A DNA stretch of 64,000 nt, taken from Candidatus Marinacidobacterium sp. (GTDB lineage: Bacteria > Acidobacteriota > Vicinamibacteria > Marinacidobacterales > Marinacidobacteraceae). The stretch is taken from NCBI GenBank assembly GCA_965204755.1, contig OZ242011.1:1440001-1504000 (forward strand), in the 5' to 3' direction. The position numbers and the translations under genes are program-made. The notes under the pieces are model-generated. The model was not told where the DNA came from. It made no database searches and worked only from the letters and a program-made list of their open reading frames with translations. How positions within the stretch are numbered: position 1 is the stretch's first letter; the number at the start of each line of letters is the position of its first letter. Shown here piece after piece: positions 1 to 9,460 of the stretch.

Positions 1-308
1 CCGAAGCGAACGCGGCGCTCGCGTCCGGGGAGTCGTCCGGGGAGTCGTCCGGGGAGTCGTCCGGGGAGTCCGGGGACGACGGGGCGGGCCGCGGCCGGCC
101 ATCCCGTCCGGCCATCCCGTCCGGGGACGACTACGACACCGTCGCCGGTTTCGTGCTGGAACGGCTGGGCCGGATTCCGGAGGAAGGCGACGGCTTCGCG
201 ATCCCCGGCGCCGAGATCCGGGTGGAGCGGGTGGAGCGGCACCGCATCGCCGGAATCCGCCTCACGCCGGTCGAGCCGCCCCCGCCGCCGTCCGGCGATG
301 GAGAGTGA
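1..308 (+). CDS. Partial (3' end) hemolysin/CorC-HlyC transporter-associated domain protein
   Basis: Frame from nt 3 reads ...DDYDTVAGFVLERLGRIPEEGDGFAIPGAEIRVERVERHRIAGIRL, typical of the CorC_HlyC domain; TGA at 306-308 overlaps the tilS 5' end. Not in the ORF track because the start lies outside the window. Confidence 0.75.
   Translation, partial: EANAALASGESSGESSGESSGESGDDGAGRGRPSRPAIPSGDDYDTVAGFVLERLGRIPEEGDGFAIPGAEIRVERVERHRIAGIRLTPVEPPPPPSGDGE
24..71 (+). repeat. In-frame 12-bp tandem repeat (TCCGGGGAGTCG x4, encoding SGES)
   Basis: Read directly; a 13-bp duplication CCGGCCATCCCGT follows at 95-120. Confidence 0.9.
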
Positions 309-1518
309 AGACCGGCCGTCCCGGCCGCAGCCTTCGTCCCGACCGCCGTCCCCCTCGGGCCGGGCGCTGCGGGACGGCGTTCGCCAGCGGGTCCGGCGCG
401 CCCTCTCGGCGGCGCTCCCCGGGTTCACCGCCTCCTCGACCGGACGGGCGGAGGGCCCGCCGCCCCGCGGCCTCGTCGTCGCCTTCTCCGGCGGTCTCGA
501 CTCCACCGCGCTGCTGCGCCTGGTCCTCGACGCCGCCGCCCGCCGCGGCGGGGGCCGGCCGGAAGTCGTCGCCGCGCATCTCGACCACGGCCTGAGGGGG
601 GACTCGGCCGCGCAGGCGCGGTTCGCCGAGGCCGCGGCGGACGCGCTCGGCGTCCCGTTCGCGCTCGGGCGGCGCCCGGTGGCGGCCCGGGCGCGCCGGG
701 AAGGGACTTCGCTCGAGGCGGCGGGCCGGGCGGCGCGCGCCGAGTTCCTCGCCGAAACGGCGCTCGACCGGGGTCTTCCGGCGGTGGCGCTCGGCCACAC
801 CCGGAACGACCAGGCGGAGACCGTGCTCCTGCAACTCGTCCGGGGGGCGGGCGGGCTGGGGCTGGCCGCCATGCCGCCGGTCCGCGAGGACCCGCGGGGC
901 GCTCGCATCGTCCGGCCGCTGCTCGGGGTCTCGCGGGAGGAACTGGCCGCCCTCGCCGCGGCGGAGGGGTGGGAGCACTACGAAGACCCGTCGAACGAGA
1001 GTCCCGACTTCACCCGGAACCGCATCCGCCGGGAAGTGCTCCCGCTGCTGCGGCGGACGGCGAACCCCTCGGTCGTCGAGGCGCTCGCCCGCGCGGCCGA
1101 GTTGCTCCGGGAAGACGAGGCGTTCCTGTCGGCGGCCGCCTCCGCTTGGTGGAAGCGGGAAGGCGTGTTCCGGCGGGAGCGCGGCGGCCGGACCGCCCGC
1201 GCGCCCGCCGCGCGACTCCGGGAAGCGGCGCCGGCGCTCGCCCGGCGCGCGGTGCGGGAAGCGCTCCGCTTCGCGCGCGGCGACCTGCGCCGGATCGGCT
1301 TCGCCCAGGTGGAAGAAGCGCTGGCGATCGTCCGCGCCGGGCGGGGCGGGGCGAGGTGCGACCTGCCCGGGGCGCGGGTGTCCCTGACTCGGGGAGAAAT
1401 CGTCTTCGCCGAACGGACGGAGGCCGGCCCGGCGCCGAACCGGGCGGGTCGAACCGGCCCCGTAGAAACGCCTGCCGAAACGCCCGTCGAAAAGCCCGTC
1501 GAAGAGGAGGACGGGTGA
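298..1518 (+). CDS. tilS: tRNA(Ile)-lysidine synthetase
   Basis: PP-loop VAFSGGLDS, HLDHGLR, GHTRNDQAET, RPLL, EDPSN, RNRIR motifs; upstream of ftsH. Confidence 0.95.
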   Translation: MESEDRPSRPQPSSRPPSPSGRALRDGVRQRVRRALSAALPGFTASSTGRAEGPPPRGLVVAFSGGLDSTALLRLVLDAAARRGGGRPEVVAAHLDHGLRGDSAAQARFAEAAADALGVPFALGRRPVAARARREGTSLEAAGRAARAEFLAETALDRGLPAVALGHTRNDQAETVLLQLVRGAGGLGLAAMPPVREDPRGARIVRPLLGVSREELAALAAAEGWEHYEDPSNESPDFTRNRIRREVLPLLRRTANPSVVEALARAAELLREDEAFLSAAASAWWKREGVFRRERGGRTARAPAARLREAAPALARRAVREALRFARGDLRRIGFAQVEEALAIVRAGRGGARCDLPGARVSLTRGEIVFAERTEAGPAPNRAGRTGPVETPAETPVEKPVEEEDG

Positions 1519-1605
1519 GTTCCTTGGACCGGCGACCGCAGGCCCGGAGGGAACGGGAGCGCGCGGCGGGCGTTTTCTCCACCGGTCGAAGGCGGGCCCT
1601 CCGCG

Positions 1606-1611
1606 TATAAT
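1606..1611 (+). promoter_or_regulatory. Putative sigma70 -10 box for ftsH
   Basis: Perfect TATAAT in a GC-rich intergenic region 170 nt upstream of ftsH; no clear -35. Confidence 0.55.
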
Positions 1612-1780
1612 CCGCGCCGACCGACGCTTGGAACTTCCCCCGCAAAACGAACGGATCCGGGCGCGGCGGCGTGGATTCGACGGCCGGAGCGACACCGACG
1701 CCGCGATGCGCCGCCTTCGCCTGCATTCCTTCCCCGAGATGAGTTCCCCGAAGTGAGTTCGCCGAGTTGAGACCGCGCCG

Positions 1781-3712
1781 ATGAGTTCCACGATGAAGAA
1801 CCTGATGTTCTGGCTCGTCGCCTCGCTGGTGCTGATCCTGTTCTGGAATGTCTCGTCGCGCATCTCCGAACGCGAGAACGAACTCTCGTTCACCCAGTTC
1901 ATGCAGCGGGTGGAGGAAGACCGGATCGCCGGGGTCACGATCAGCGGCACCGGCGCCGGCAGCGAGATCACCGGCACCGCGGTGGACGGCAACTCCTTCC
2001 GCACCTACGCGCCGGAGATGGAAGGCCTGGTCGCGCTGCTGCTCGAACGGGGCATCGATGTGGAGGCCGACGACGGCAGCCGCGCTCCCTGGGCGCTCAC
2101 CCTGCTGGGCTGGCTGCCCATCCTGCTCATCGTCGGGTTGTTCTTCTTCCTCATCCGGCAGATGCAGACGCCGGGAAACCGCGCCATGTCCTTCGGTCGA
2201 AGCCGCGCCAAGTTGACTTCGAACCAGCAGAAGAAGGTCACCTTCAAGGATGTGGCCGGCGTGGACGAAGCGAAGGAGGAATTGCAGGAGATCATCGAGT
2301 TCCTGCGCGAGCCGCAGAAGTTCCAGCGGCTCGGCGGCCGGATCCCGAAGGGCGTCCTGCTCATGGGGCCTCCGGGGACCGGGAAGACCCTGCTCGCCCG
2401 GGCGATCTCCGGGGAAGCGAATGTCCCCTTCTTCACGATCAGCGGCTCGGACTTCGTCGAGATGTTCGTGGGGGTGGGCGCGAGCCGGGTGCGCGACCTC
2501 TTCGAGCAGGGGAAGAAGAACGCCCCCTGCATCATCTTCATAGACGAGATCGACGCGGTGGGCCGGCAGCGGGGCGCCGGACTCGGCGGCGGCCACGACG
2601 AACGGGAACAGACGCTCAACCAACTCCTGGTGGAGATGGACGGCTTCGAATCGAGCGAGGGCGTGATCCTGGTCGCTTCGACGAACCGGCCGGATGTGCT
2701 CGACCCGGCGCTCCTGCGGCCGGGCCGGTTCGACCGCCGGGTGGTGGTGCCGCTGCCGGACATCCGCGGCCGGGAAGGCGTGCTCAAGGTGCACACCAAG
2801 AAGATCCCGTTCGCCGAAGAAGTGGACCTCGGGGTGATCGCCCGGGGCACGCCCGGTTTCTCCGGCGCCGACCTCGCGAACCTGGTGAACGAAGCGGCGC
2901 TCAGCGCCGCGCGGCTCACCCGCCAGAAGGTGCGGATGGACGACTTCGAGCAGGCGAAGGACAAGGTGCTCATGGGCGCCGAACGCCGCTCGGTGATGAT
3001 GACCCCGGAAGAGAAGCGCACCACCGCGTACCACGAAGCCGGGCACGCGGTGCTCGCCGCGCTGCTCGAGAAAGCGGACCCGCTCCACAAGGTGAGCATC
3101 ATCCCCCGGGGCATGGCGATGGGCGTGACCATGCTCCTGCCGGAAGACGACCGCCACACCCAGGACCGCGACTATGTGGAGGCGATGATCGCGGTGAAGA
3201 TGGGCGGCCGGCTGTCGGAGGAGATCTTCCTCGGACAGGTCACCACCGGCGCCTCGGACGACATCCGGAAAGCCACCGACCTGGCGCGGCGGATGGTCTG
3301 CGAATGGGGCATGAGCGAGACGCTCGGCCCGCTCAGTTTCGACTCGAACGAGGGCGAAGTCTTCCTGGGCCGGGACTTCGCCTCGCGGAAGAACTACAGC
3401 GAAGGCACCGCGCAGGCGATCGACGCCGAGATCAAGCGGATCATCACCGCCGCCTACGACCGCGCCAGGAAACTGCTCGAGGACAACCGCGCCCGCGTCG
3501 CCGCGGTCTCCGAAGCGCTGCTGGAGCGGGAAGTGCTGACCTCGGAGGAAGTGCAACTGGTGCTCGACGGCAAGACGCTGCCCGAGCCGGCGGCGCCCCC
3601 GGCGGCCGCCGAAGAGGAAGAGCCGAAGGCGGCGCCGGAACCGGCCCGGCCCGCTCCGGAGCGCGCTCCGCTCGCGCCGCCCTTGGTACCGGAACCCGGC
3701 GGAGCCGCCTGA
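1781..3712 (+). CDS. ftsH: ATP-dependent zinc metalloprotease FtsH
   Basis: Two N-terminal TM segments, GPPGTGKT Walker A, IFIDEID Walker [15 protein letters not shown] zinc motif. Confidence 0.98.
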   Translation: MSSTMKNLMFWLVASLVLILFWNVSSRISERENELSFTQFMQRVEEDRIAGVTISGTGAGSEITGTAVDGNSFRTYAPEMEGLVALLLERGIDVEADDGSRAPWALTLLGWLPILLIVGLFFFLIRQMQTPGNRAMSFGRSRAKLTSNQQKKVTFKDVAGVDEAKEELQEIIEFLREPQKFQRLGGRIPKGVLLMGPPGTGKTLLARAISGEANVPFFTISGSDFVEMFVGVGASRVRDLFEQGKKNAPCIIFIDEIDAVGRQRGAGLGGGHDEREQTLNQLLVEMDGFESSEGVILVASTNRPDVLDPALLRPGRFDRRVVVPLPDIRGREGVLKVHTKKIPFAEEVDLGVIARGTPGFSGADLANLVNEAALSAARLTRQKVRMDDFEQAKDKVLMGAERRSVMMTPEEKRTTAYHEAGHAVLAALLEKADPLHKVSIIPRGMAMGVTMLLPEDDRHTQDRDYVEAMIAVKMGGRLSEEIFLGQVTTGASDDIRKATDLARRMVCEWGMSETLGPLSFDSNEGEVFLGRDFASRKNYSEGTAQAIDAEIKRIITAAYDRARKLLEDNRARVAAVSEALLEREVLTSEEVQLVLDGKTLPEPAAPPAAAEEEEPKAAPEPARPAPERAPLAPPLVPEPGGAA

Positions 3713-3849
3713 GCCGGGGAGAGACGAGTCCCCGGGGTCTTGCCGCCGCCACACGGGCGAGACCGCGGGCGGGAGTGGCCGGTGTTCCGCCGCGCCGCGG
3801 CTTCGCCGCCTGAGGGCGATTCGCCGTTCGGAAGGCGGGGGCGCGGCTC

Positions 3850-4686
3850 GTGACCGAAGCGGTCCGGGGGTTCCTCGAAACGCTGGGCGCCCGGCTGTCC
3901 TTCGCCGACCTGGTGGATGTGCTGCTGGTCGCCGGCGCGATCCATGTCCTGCTGAAACTGATCGAGGGGCGCCGCGCTTCGCAGATGGCGTTCGGGACGC
4001 TGATCGTGGGCGGCCTGCTGGTGGTGACCGGCTTCAGCGAACTCGGCCTCACCACCGTGCAGTGGATCGTCCGGAACACCCTCCCCTACCTGGGAATCGC
4101 CATCATCGTGCTCTACCAGGCGGAGATCCGCACCGGGCTGGCCCGGATCGGGGGCGGCGGCTTCCTTCGCCACCGGCGCCGCGGGCGGGGGCCGGACCGG
4201 AACACCATCTCGGTGCTCGGCGACGCGGCCTCCCAACTCGCCGGCCGGCGGGTGGGGGCCATCGTGGTGTGGCAGGGAACCATCGGCATCAAGAGTTATG
4301 TGGACACCGGAACGCCGCTCGACGCCCGGCTGAGCGCGCCGCTCCTGGTTTCCCTGTTCCAGTCCTCTTCGCCGCTCCACGACGGCGCGGTGGTGGTTCG
4401 CGGGGAACGGATCGTGGCGGCGCGCTGCGTGCTGCCGCTCTCCGGGCAGGAGGCCGCCGGCCGCGCCGGGACCCGCCACCGGGCGGCGCTCGGCATCACC
4501 GAAGAGACGGACGCGGTGGCGCTGGTGGTCTCCGAGGAGACCGGAAGGGCGAGCGTCGTCTCGCGCGGCCGCATCGTGCCGGCCGCGAGCCGTCCGGACC
4601 TGGAAGCGGAACTCGCGCGGGCGCGGTCGCCGGCGGACGCCGAACCGCGCGCGCTCGGACCCGCGATGCCGGAGGCCGCCCGGTGA
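3850..4686 (+). CDS. cdaA: Diadenylate cyclase CdaA/DacA
   Basis: Three N-terminal TM helices; PLHDGAVV and GTRHRAALG catalytic motifs; VSEETG. Confidence 0.92.
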   Translation: MTEAVRGFLETLGARLSFADLVDVLLVAGAIHVLLKLIEGRRASQMAFGTLIVGGLLVVTGFSELGLTTVQWIVRNTLPYLGIAIIVLYQAEIRTGLARIGGGGFLRHRRRGRGPDRNTISVLGDAASQLAGRRVGAIVVWQGTIGIKSYVDTGTPLDARLSAPLLVSLFQSSSPLHDGAVVVRGERIVAARCVLPLSGQEAAGRAGTRHRAALGITEETDAVALVVSEETGRASVVSRGRIVPAASRPDLEAELARARSPADAEPRALGPAMPEAAR

Positions 4687-5714
4687 ACCCCGCGCCCGAG
4701 CCCCCTCCCGGGCCGGTCACCGGCCGCCGCCCGACGCGCCGCACCGAGTTGGGGCGGGCGCTGACCGCCCTCGGCCTGGCGGTCTGCCTCTGGTACTTCG
4801 TCGGCAGCCAGGACGAGGCGGAGATCCTGGCCACCACGCCGCTCGAACTCCGGCATGTCCCGCCCGGGCTCGAAGTGGTGCGGCAGTCGGTGCAGGAGGT
4901 GGATGTGCGGCTCCGGGGGCCTTCGGCGCTGCTGCGGGACGCGCCGCTCGGGGCGCTGCGGGCGTTCGTGGACCTGTCCGGCGAGGACCAGGGGGAGCGC
5001 GCGTGGTTCCTCGGGGTGGAGTCGGTGGAGGCGCCCGCCGGAGTGCAGGTGATGCGGGTCACCCCTTCGCAGGTGGCGCTCCAACTCGGGCGGACGATGA
5101 GCGCCCGGGTGCGGGTGAGTCCCCGGGTGCTCGGCGAACCGGCCACCGGCTTCGAGATCCACCGCATCACCATCGAACCGGCGGCCCTGGTTCTCGAAGG
5201 GCCGGAGTCGCTGCTCGCGGACCTGGAGCAGGTCGCGACCGAGCCCATCTCGGCGCAGGGGCTCCGCGAGACCTACGCCCGGCGGCTGCAGGTCGAACTG
5301 GATCCGGCGCTCCGCCCGTCGGTGCGGGAAGTGGAAGTGCGCCTGCTGATCGGCGAGACCCGGGAGCCGCGCGACCTGCGGCTCACGGTGCGCGCCGCCG
5401 GCGGGGACGACGCCGGTTCGGGCCTCGCCTGCCGGGTGGAGACCGCGCGGGTGGCGGCCTCGCTGCGGATCCCCAGGCACCTGAGCGCGCGGGTCACGCC
5501 GGAGACCCTCTTCGCGGAAGTCTCCTGCGCGGACCTGCCCGAAGGCGTCCACCGGGTCGCGCCGGAACTGCGGTTCACCGAGGCCGGGGCGGAGACCATC
5601 GCCGTCGTGGCGTTCGACCCGGAGACGGTCGAAGTGCGGGTGGGCGAGCCGGAGGCGGCGGCGTCCGGGGCCCCGCTTCCTGCGGCCGGGGCGCGCCGGG
5701 CCCGCGTTCGATGA
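4683..5714 (+). CDS. cdaR: YbbR/CdaR-family regulator of diadenylate cyclase
   Basis: GTG at 4683 overlaps the cdaA stop; N-terminal TM (ALGLAVCLWYFV) then YbbR-like repeats (VDVRLRGP, IEPAALVLEGP). Confidence 0.85.
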   Translation: MNPAPEPPPGPVTGRRPTRRTELGRALTALGLAVCLWYFVGSQDEAEILATTPLELRHVPPGLEVVRQSVQEVDVRLRGPSALLRDAPLGALRAFVDLSGEDQGERAWFLGVESVEAPAGVQVMRVTPSQVALQLGRTMSARVRVSPRVLGEPATGFEIHRITIEPAALVLEGPESLLADLEQVATEPISAQGLRETYARRLQVELDPALRPSVREVEVRLLIGETREPRDLRLTVRAAGGDDAGSGLACRVETARVAASLRIPRHLSARVTPETLFAEVSCADLPEGVHRVAPELRFTEAGAETIAVVAFDPETVEVRVGEPEAAASGAPLPAAGARRARVR

Positions 5715-6376
5715 CGAAGAAACCGAAGGAGCGGCCCTCGCGCCGCAGCGGGGCGCGCGAGTACTTCGAGTCCATCTGCATCGCGGTGATCCTCGCGCTC
5801 TTCGTGCGCACCTTCGTCTTCCAGGCGTTCAAGATCCCCACCGGCTCCATGCAGGAGAACCTGCTGATCGGCGACCACCTGCTGGTGAACAAGATGCTCT
5901 ACCACGCCGGCGGGGTCGGCCTCGACCCCTCCCGGAGGGTGGAGCGCGGCGATGTGGTGGTGTTCAAGTTCCCGGAGGAGCCGGAGCGCGACTTCATCAA
6001 GCGGGTGGTGGGGCTGCCGGGCGAGACGCTGGAAGTCGGCCGGCGGCAGGTGCTGGTGGACGGCCGGCCGCTGGCCGAGGACTACACCTCCTTCGTCCAC
6101 GGCGGGCAGCCGGGGATGCGGAAGTACCGGGTTCCCGAAGGCCACTACTTCGTGATGGGGGACAACCGCGACAACAGCCACGACAGCCGGTTCTGGGGGG
6201 CGCTGCCGGCGGAGAATGTGAAGGGGCGGGGCCTGTTCATCTACTGGTCCTACGGCGCCCCCCGCGAGGAGTACTTGGAGACCCGGCTCTCGCGGCGGCT
6301 GCTCGACCTGCTGCTCCTCCCGGTGCGCTTCTTCTCGCGGACGCGCTGGGACCGGTTCTTCACGCCGGTCTCCTGA
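5711..6376 (+). CDS. lepB: Signal peptidase I
   Basis: ATGA overlap with cdaR; IPTGSM (Ser), FIKRVVGLPGE (Lys), GDNRDNSHDSR. Confidence 0.95.
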   Translation: MTKKPKERPSRRSGAREYFESICIAVILALFVRTFVFQAFKIPTGSMQENLLIGDHLLVNKMLYHAGGVGLDPSRRVERGDVVVFKFPEEPERDFIKRVVGLPGETLEVGRRQVLVDGRPLAEDYTSFVHGGQPGMRKYRVPEGHYFVMGDNRDNSHDSRFWGALPAENVKGRGLFIYWSYGAPREEYLETRLSRRLLDLLLLPVRFFSRTRWDRFFTPVS

Positions 6377-6416
6377 CCGGGCCGGCGGGCGGCGGGGGCG
6401 GAACCCGCCGGACGCC

Positions 6417-7136
6417 CTACCCCGGCGGGCCGGCCGCGGGCGCCGGCGGGCGGGGGCCGAAGATGGCGGTACCCACCCGGACGACGGTGGCGCCCTCGGC
6501 GATGGCGGCTTCGAAGTCGTGGCTCATCCCCATGGAGAGGGCCGGGGCGGGCGGGAGCAGCCCCGCGGCGGCGAGCCGCTCCGCCGCGGCGCGGAGCCGG
6601 GAGAAGTAGGGGCGCGCCGCCTCCGGGTCGGGGGTGAAGGGAGGGATGGCCATCAACCCGCAGAGCGAGAGGTGGGGGAGGCCGGCGATCTCCGCGACCT
6701 CCCGGTCGAGTTCCGCCGCGGGGACGCCGGTCTTCGTGGATTCCCCGGCGAGGTCCGCCTGGACGAACGCGGTCAAGCGGCGGCCCTCCTCCCCGGCGAT
6801 GCGGCTCAGGCGCCGGGCGAGCGGCGCGCCGTCCACCGACTGGATCACCGGGAACAGCCGGACCGCCGCCCGCGCCTTGTTCGACTGCAGCCGGCCCACC
6901 AGGTGGGGAACGATCGCGGCGGTGACTTCGCCGAGTTTGGCCGCCGCCTCCTGGACGCGGTTCTCGCCGAAGTCGCGGAGGCCGCAGCCGGCCGCGCGGT
7001 CGATCTCCGCCGCGGCGCGCGTCTTGGAGACGGCCACCAGCCGGACGCCGTCCGGGTCGCGCCCGGCCCGTCGGCAGGCGTCTTCGATCCGCTCGCGCAC
7101 CCGCTCGATCCGCCCGGCGAGCGTCTCCGGGGTCAT
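6417..7136 (-). CDS. yggS: PLP homeostasis protein YggS/PLPBP
   Basis: LVAVSKT, FGENRVQE, GRLQSNK, LSMGMSHDF, VRVGTAIFG; start trimmed to ATG 7136 (MTPETL). Confidence 0.93.
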   Translation of the reverse strand: MTPETLAGRIERVRERIEDACRRAGRDPDGVRLVAVSKTRAAAEIDRAAGCGLRDFGENRVQEAAAKLGEVTAAIVPHLVGRLQSNKARAAVRLFPVIQSVDGAPLARRLSRIAGEEGRRLTAFVQADLAGESTKTGVPAAELDREVAEIAGLPHLSLCGLMAIPPFTPDPEAARPYFSRLRAAAERLAAAGLLPPAPALSMGMSHDFEAAIAEGATVVRVGTAIFGPRPPAPAAGPPG

Positions 7137-7227
7137 CGGCGGGGCCTCGGGAGGCGGGGGTCGCGCGGCGGGACGGATTCGCGGGACGGATCGCGAGACG
7201 GTTTCGCGAGACGGATTGGGGGGCGGT

Positions 7228-9225
7228 TCACGGCAGGGACTCCAGGAAGCGCACCGCCTCCGCCGGGTCGTGGACGATTCGGTACGGGGGCAGGCTCTCC
7301 ACGATGGCGGCGCCGTAGCGGCTGGTGGCCAGCCGGGAGTCGAGGACGGCGGCGAGCCCGACATCCCGGCGGCTGCGGATCAACCGACCCAGCCCCTGCT
7401 TGAGGGCCAGCGCGGTCATCGGCAGGTGGTAGCCGGAGAAACCGCTGCCGGAGACCGCCTCCGCCCGGGAAGCGCGGGCGGAGTGGAGCGGGTCGTTCGG
7501 CGGCGGGAAGGGCAGTTTGTCGATGACCAGCAGGGTGAGCGCCTCGCCGGGCACATCCACCCCCTCCCAGAAGGACTGCACCCCGAGCAGCACCGCGCCG
7601 GGAGTGTTCCGGAAGCGGTCGAGGAGCGCCGCGTGCCCTCCCCGGGACTCCTGGCGGAGCACCGGGTAGGGGGAGGCGGCGTCGAGCCGCTCGCCGACCG
7701 CGTTCAGGTTGTTCCAACTGGTGAACAGCAGGAGCGCCCGGCCCCGGCTGGCCCGCACCAGGTCCAGGATCATCGCGGCCACGGCTCCCGGCCACTCCCG
7801 GCCGTTCCGCTTCGGGTCGAACGCCGCGCCCTCCGGGACGAACAGGCGGGTCTGCTCCTCGAAGTCGAACGGCGACGGGTAGCGGGCGTCCCCGTCGGGT
7901 CGGACGCCGAGCGCGTCGGCTGCGAAGTCGAAGCCCCCGGAGACCGAGAGGGTGGCGGAGGTCAGGACGAACGCGTCGAGCGGCTCGAACAACTCGCTGC
8001 CGAGCCGTTCCCCGGCGTGGATCGGGCTGGCGTTCAGCAGCACCGTCCGCTTCCGTTCCCGGCCCCGCTCGCCGTCCTGCCGCCAGGCGCTCCAGAAGAC
8101 GGTGTTGTCGCAGGGTTCGAGGACGGCGTGGAGGTCGATCGCCAACTCGGCGATGCGCCGCCGCAGGTGCTCCGCGCCGTGCGGCAGTTCCTCCGCCGAC
8201 CGGCCGTCGGCGGACGCCCGCTCCCGGAGGCGGTCGAGGACCGCGGAGTACTCCTCGTCGAGCGCCCGGAGTTCCTCCTCGGCGGCGCCGGCGTCCCGGC
8301 GAACGGAGTGCGGCAACCCTTCCGGTTCGATGGGCCGGTGATCCCGCGGGCCGTCGGAGTCCGGCGCCAGGGCCTCGAACAGGGCGCCGAACGGCCGCTT
8401 CAGGCGGCTCGCCGCCGGGGGGGCCTTCTCTTCCAGCCGCCGGCAGAAGCGGCCGAGGTCGGTGGCGAGCCGCTCGGCGGCGGACGACGAGACGGTCGTC
8501 GAGAGGCTCTGGGTGGCCGCGCCTTCGAGGCGGTGCGCCTCGTCCACGATCAGGAGGTCGTAGTCGGGCAGCACCACGCCGAAGTCGAAGCGCTGCCGCA
8601 CCACCAGGTCGGCGACCAGGAGGTGGTGGTTCACCACGACGATGCGGCTCTTCCGCGCCTGCTGCCGCAGGGTCATGAGGTGGCAGTCGTCGTAGTCGGC
8701 GCACTGCTGGCCGGTGCAGTTCTCCGAAACGGCGGAGATGCCCCGCCAGTAGTCGAGCCCGCCGGTGAGGCCGCCGATCTCGTCGCGGTCGCCGGTGCGG
8801 GTCTTCGCCGCCCAGCGGGCGATGCGGGTCAGGTCCGCCTTCCGCCGGCGCATCCCGAGGTCGGGAGAAGCGCGGAACTCCGCCCAACGGCGGCGGCAGA
8901 GGTAGTTCTCGCGGCCCTTCATCCGGGCCGTCGGCACCCGGCTGCCCAGGATCCGCTGCAGTTGCGGCAGGTCCTTCTCGAAGAGTTGGTCCTGGAGGTT
9001 CCGGGTGGCGGTGGAGACCACCACCCGCTTACCGCAGAGGAGCGCCGGGAGCAGGTAGGCGAAGGACTTCCCGATCCCGGTCCCCGCTTCCACCAGCAGC
9101 GCGCCGCCGCCGCCGAGGGTGGCCTCGACCCGCTCCGCCATCTCGACCTGGCCCCGGCGGTGCTCGAACCCGTCGAGCGCCCGGGCGAGCGCGCCGCCTT
9201 CGCCCAGGAAGTCCGCCGCCCCCAC
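7228..9225 (-). CDS. dinG: DinG/YoaA-family ATP-dependent DNA helicase
   Basis: EAGTGIGKS, KGRENYLC, Fe-S cysteines, DEAH, TSATL, FWEGVDVPG, QGLGRLIR. Confidence 0.9.
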   Translation of the reverse strand: MGAADFLGEGGALARALDGFEHRRGQVEMAERVEATLGGGGALLVEAGTGIGKSFAYLLPALLCGKRVVVSTATRNLQDQLFEKDLPQLQRILGSRVPTARMKGRENYLCRRRWAEFRASPDLGMRRRKADLTRIARWAAKTRTGDRDEIGGLTGGLDYWRGISAVSENCTGQQCADYDDCHLMTLRQQARKSRIVVVNHHLLVADLVVRQRFDFGVVLPDYDLLIVDEAHRLEGAATQSLSTTVSSSAAERLATDLGRFCRRLEEKAPPAASRLKRPFGALFEALAPDSDGPRDHRPIEPEGLPHSVRRDAGAAEEELRALDEEYSAVLDRLRERASADGRSAEELPHGAEHLRRRIAELAIDLHAVLEPCDNTVFWSAWRQDGERGRERKRTVLLNASPIHAGERLGSELFEPLDAFVLTSATLSVSGGFDFAADALGVRPDGDARYPSPFDFEEQTRLFVPEGAAFDPKRNGREWPGAVAAMILDLVRASRGRALLLFTSWNNLNAVGERLDAASPYPVLRQESRGGHAALLDRFRNTPGAVLLGVQSFWEGVDVPGEALTLLVIDKLPFPPPNDPLHSARASRAEAVSGSGFSGYHLPMTALALKQGLGRLIRSRRDVGLAAVLDSRLATSRYGAAIVESLPPYRIVHDPAEAVRFLESLP

Positions 9226-9231
9226 GGGCTG

Positions 9232-9460
9232 CTAACGGCCCGTGGAAAAAGCGCTCCGCCCTCGGCTCCTCGACCGGAGGACGCCCGGTCCCGGTCGGGT
9301 TTCCGGGCGGAGCGCTCTTCCCACGGGCCGGCGGCGCGAATCGCTGCGCGATTCCCCCCGCCATCTATCGCGGGGAGGGGGCCACCCCCTCCCCGCACCC
9401 CTCCCCGGTCGGCGCTTCGCGCCGACGGAGGCTCTCCGGACTTTCTCCACGGGCTGCTAA
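9232..9460. mobile_element. MITE-like non-autonomous element (221 bp, 16-bp TIRs, CTAA target duplication)
   Basis: CGGCCCGTGGAAAAAG (9236-9251) is inverted to CTTTCTCCACGGGCTG (9441-9456), 14/16 match; CTAA flanks both ends (9232-9235, 9457-9460); non-coding, hairpin-rich interior. Confidence 0.6.
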
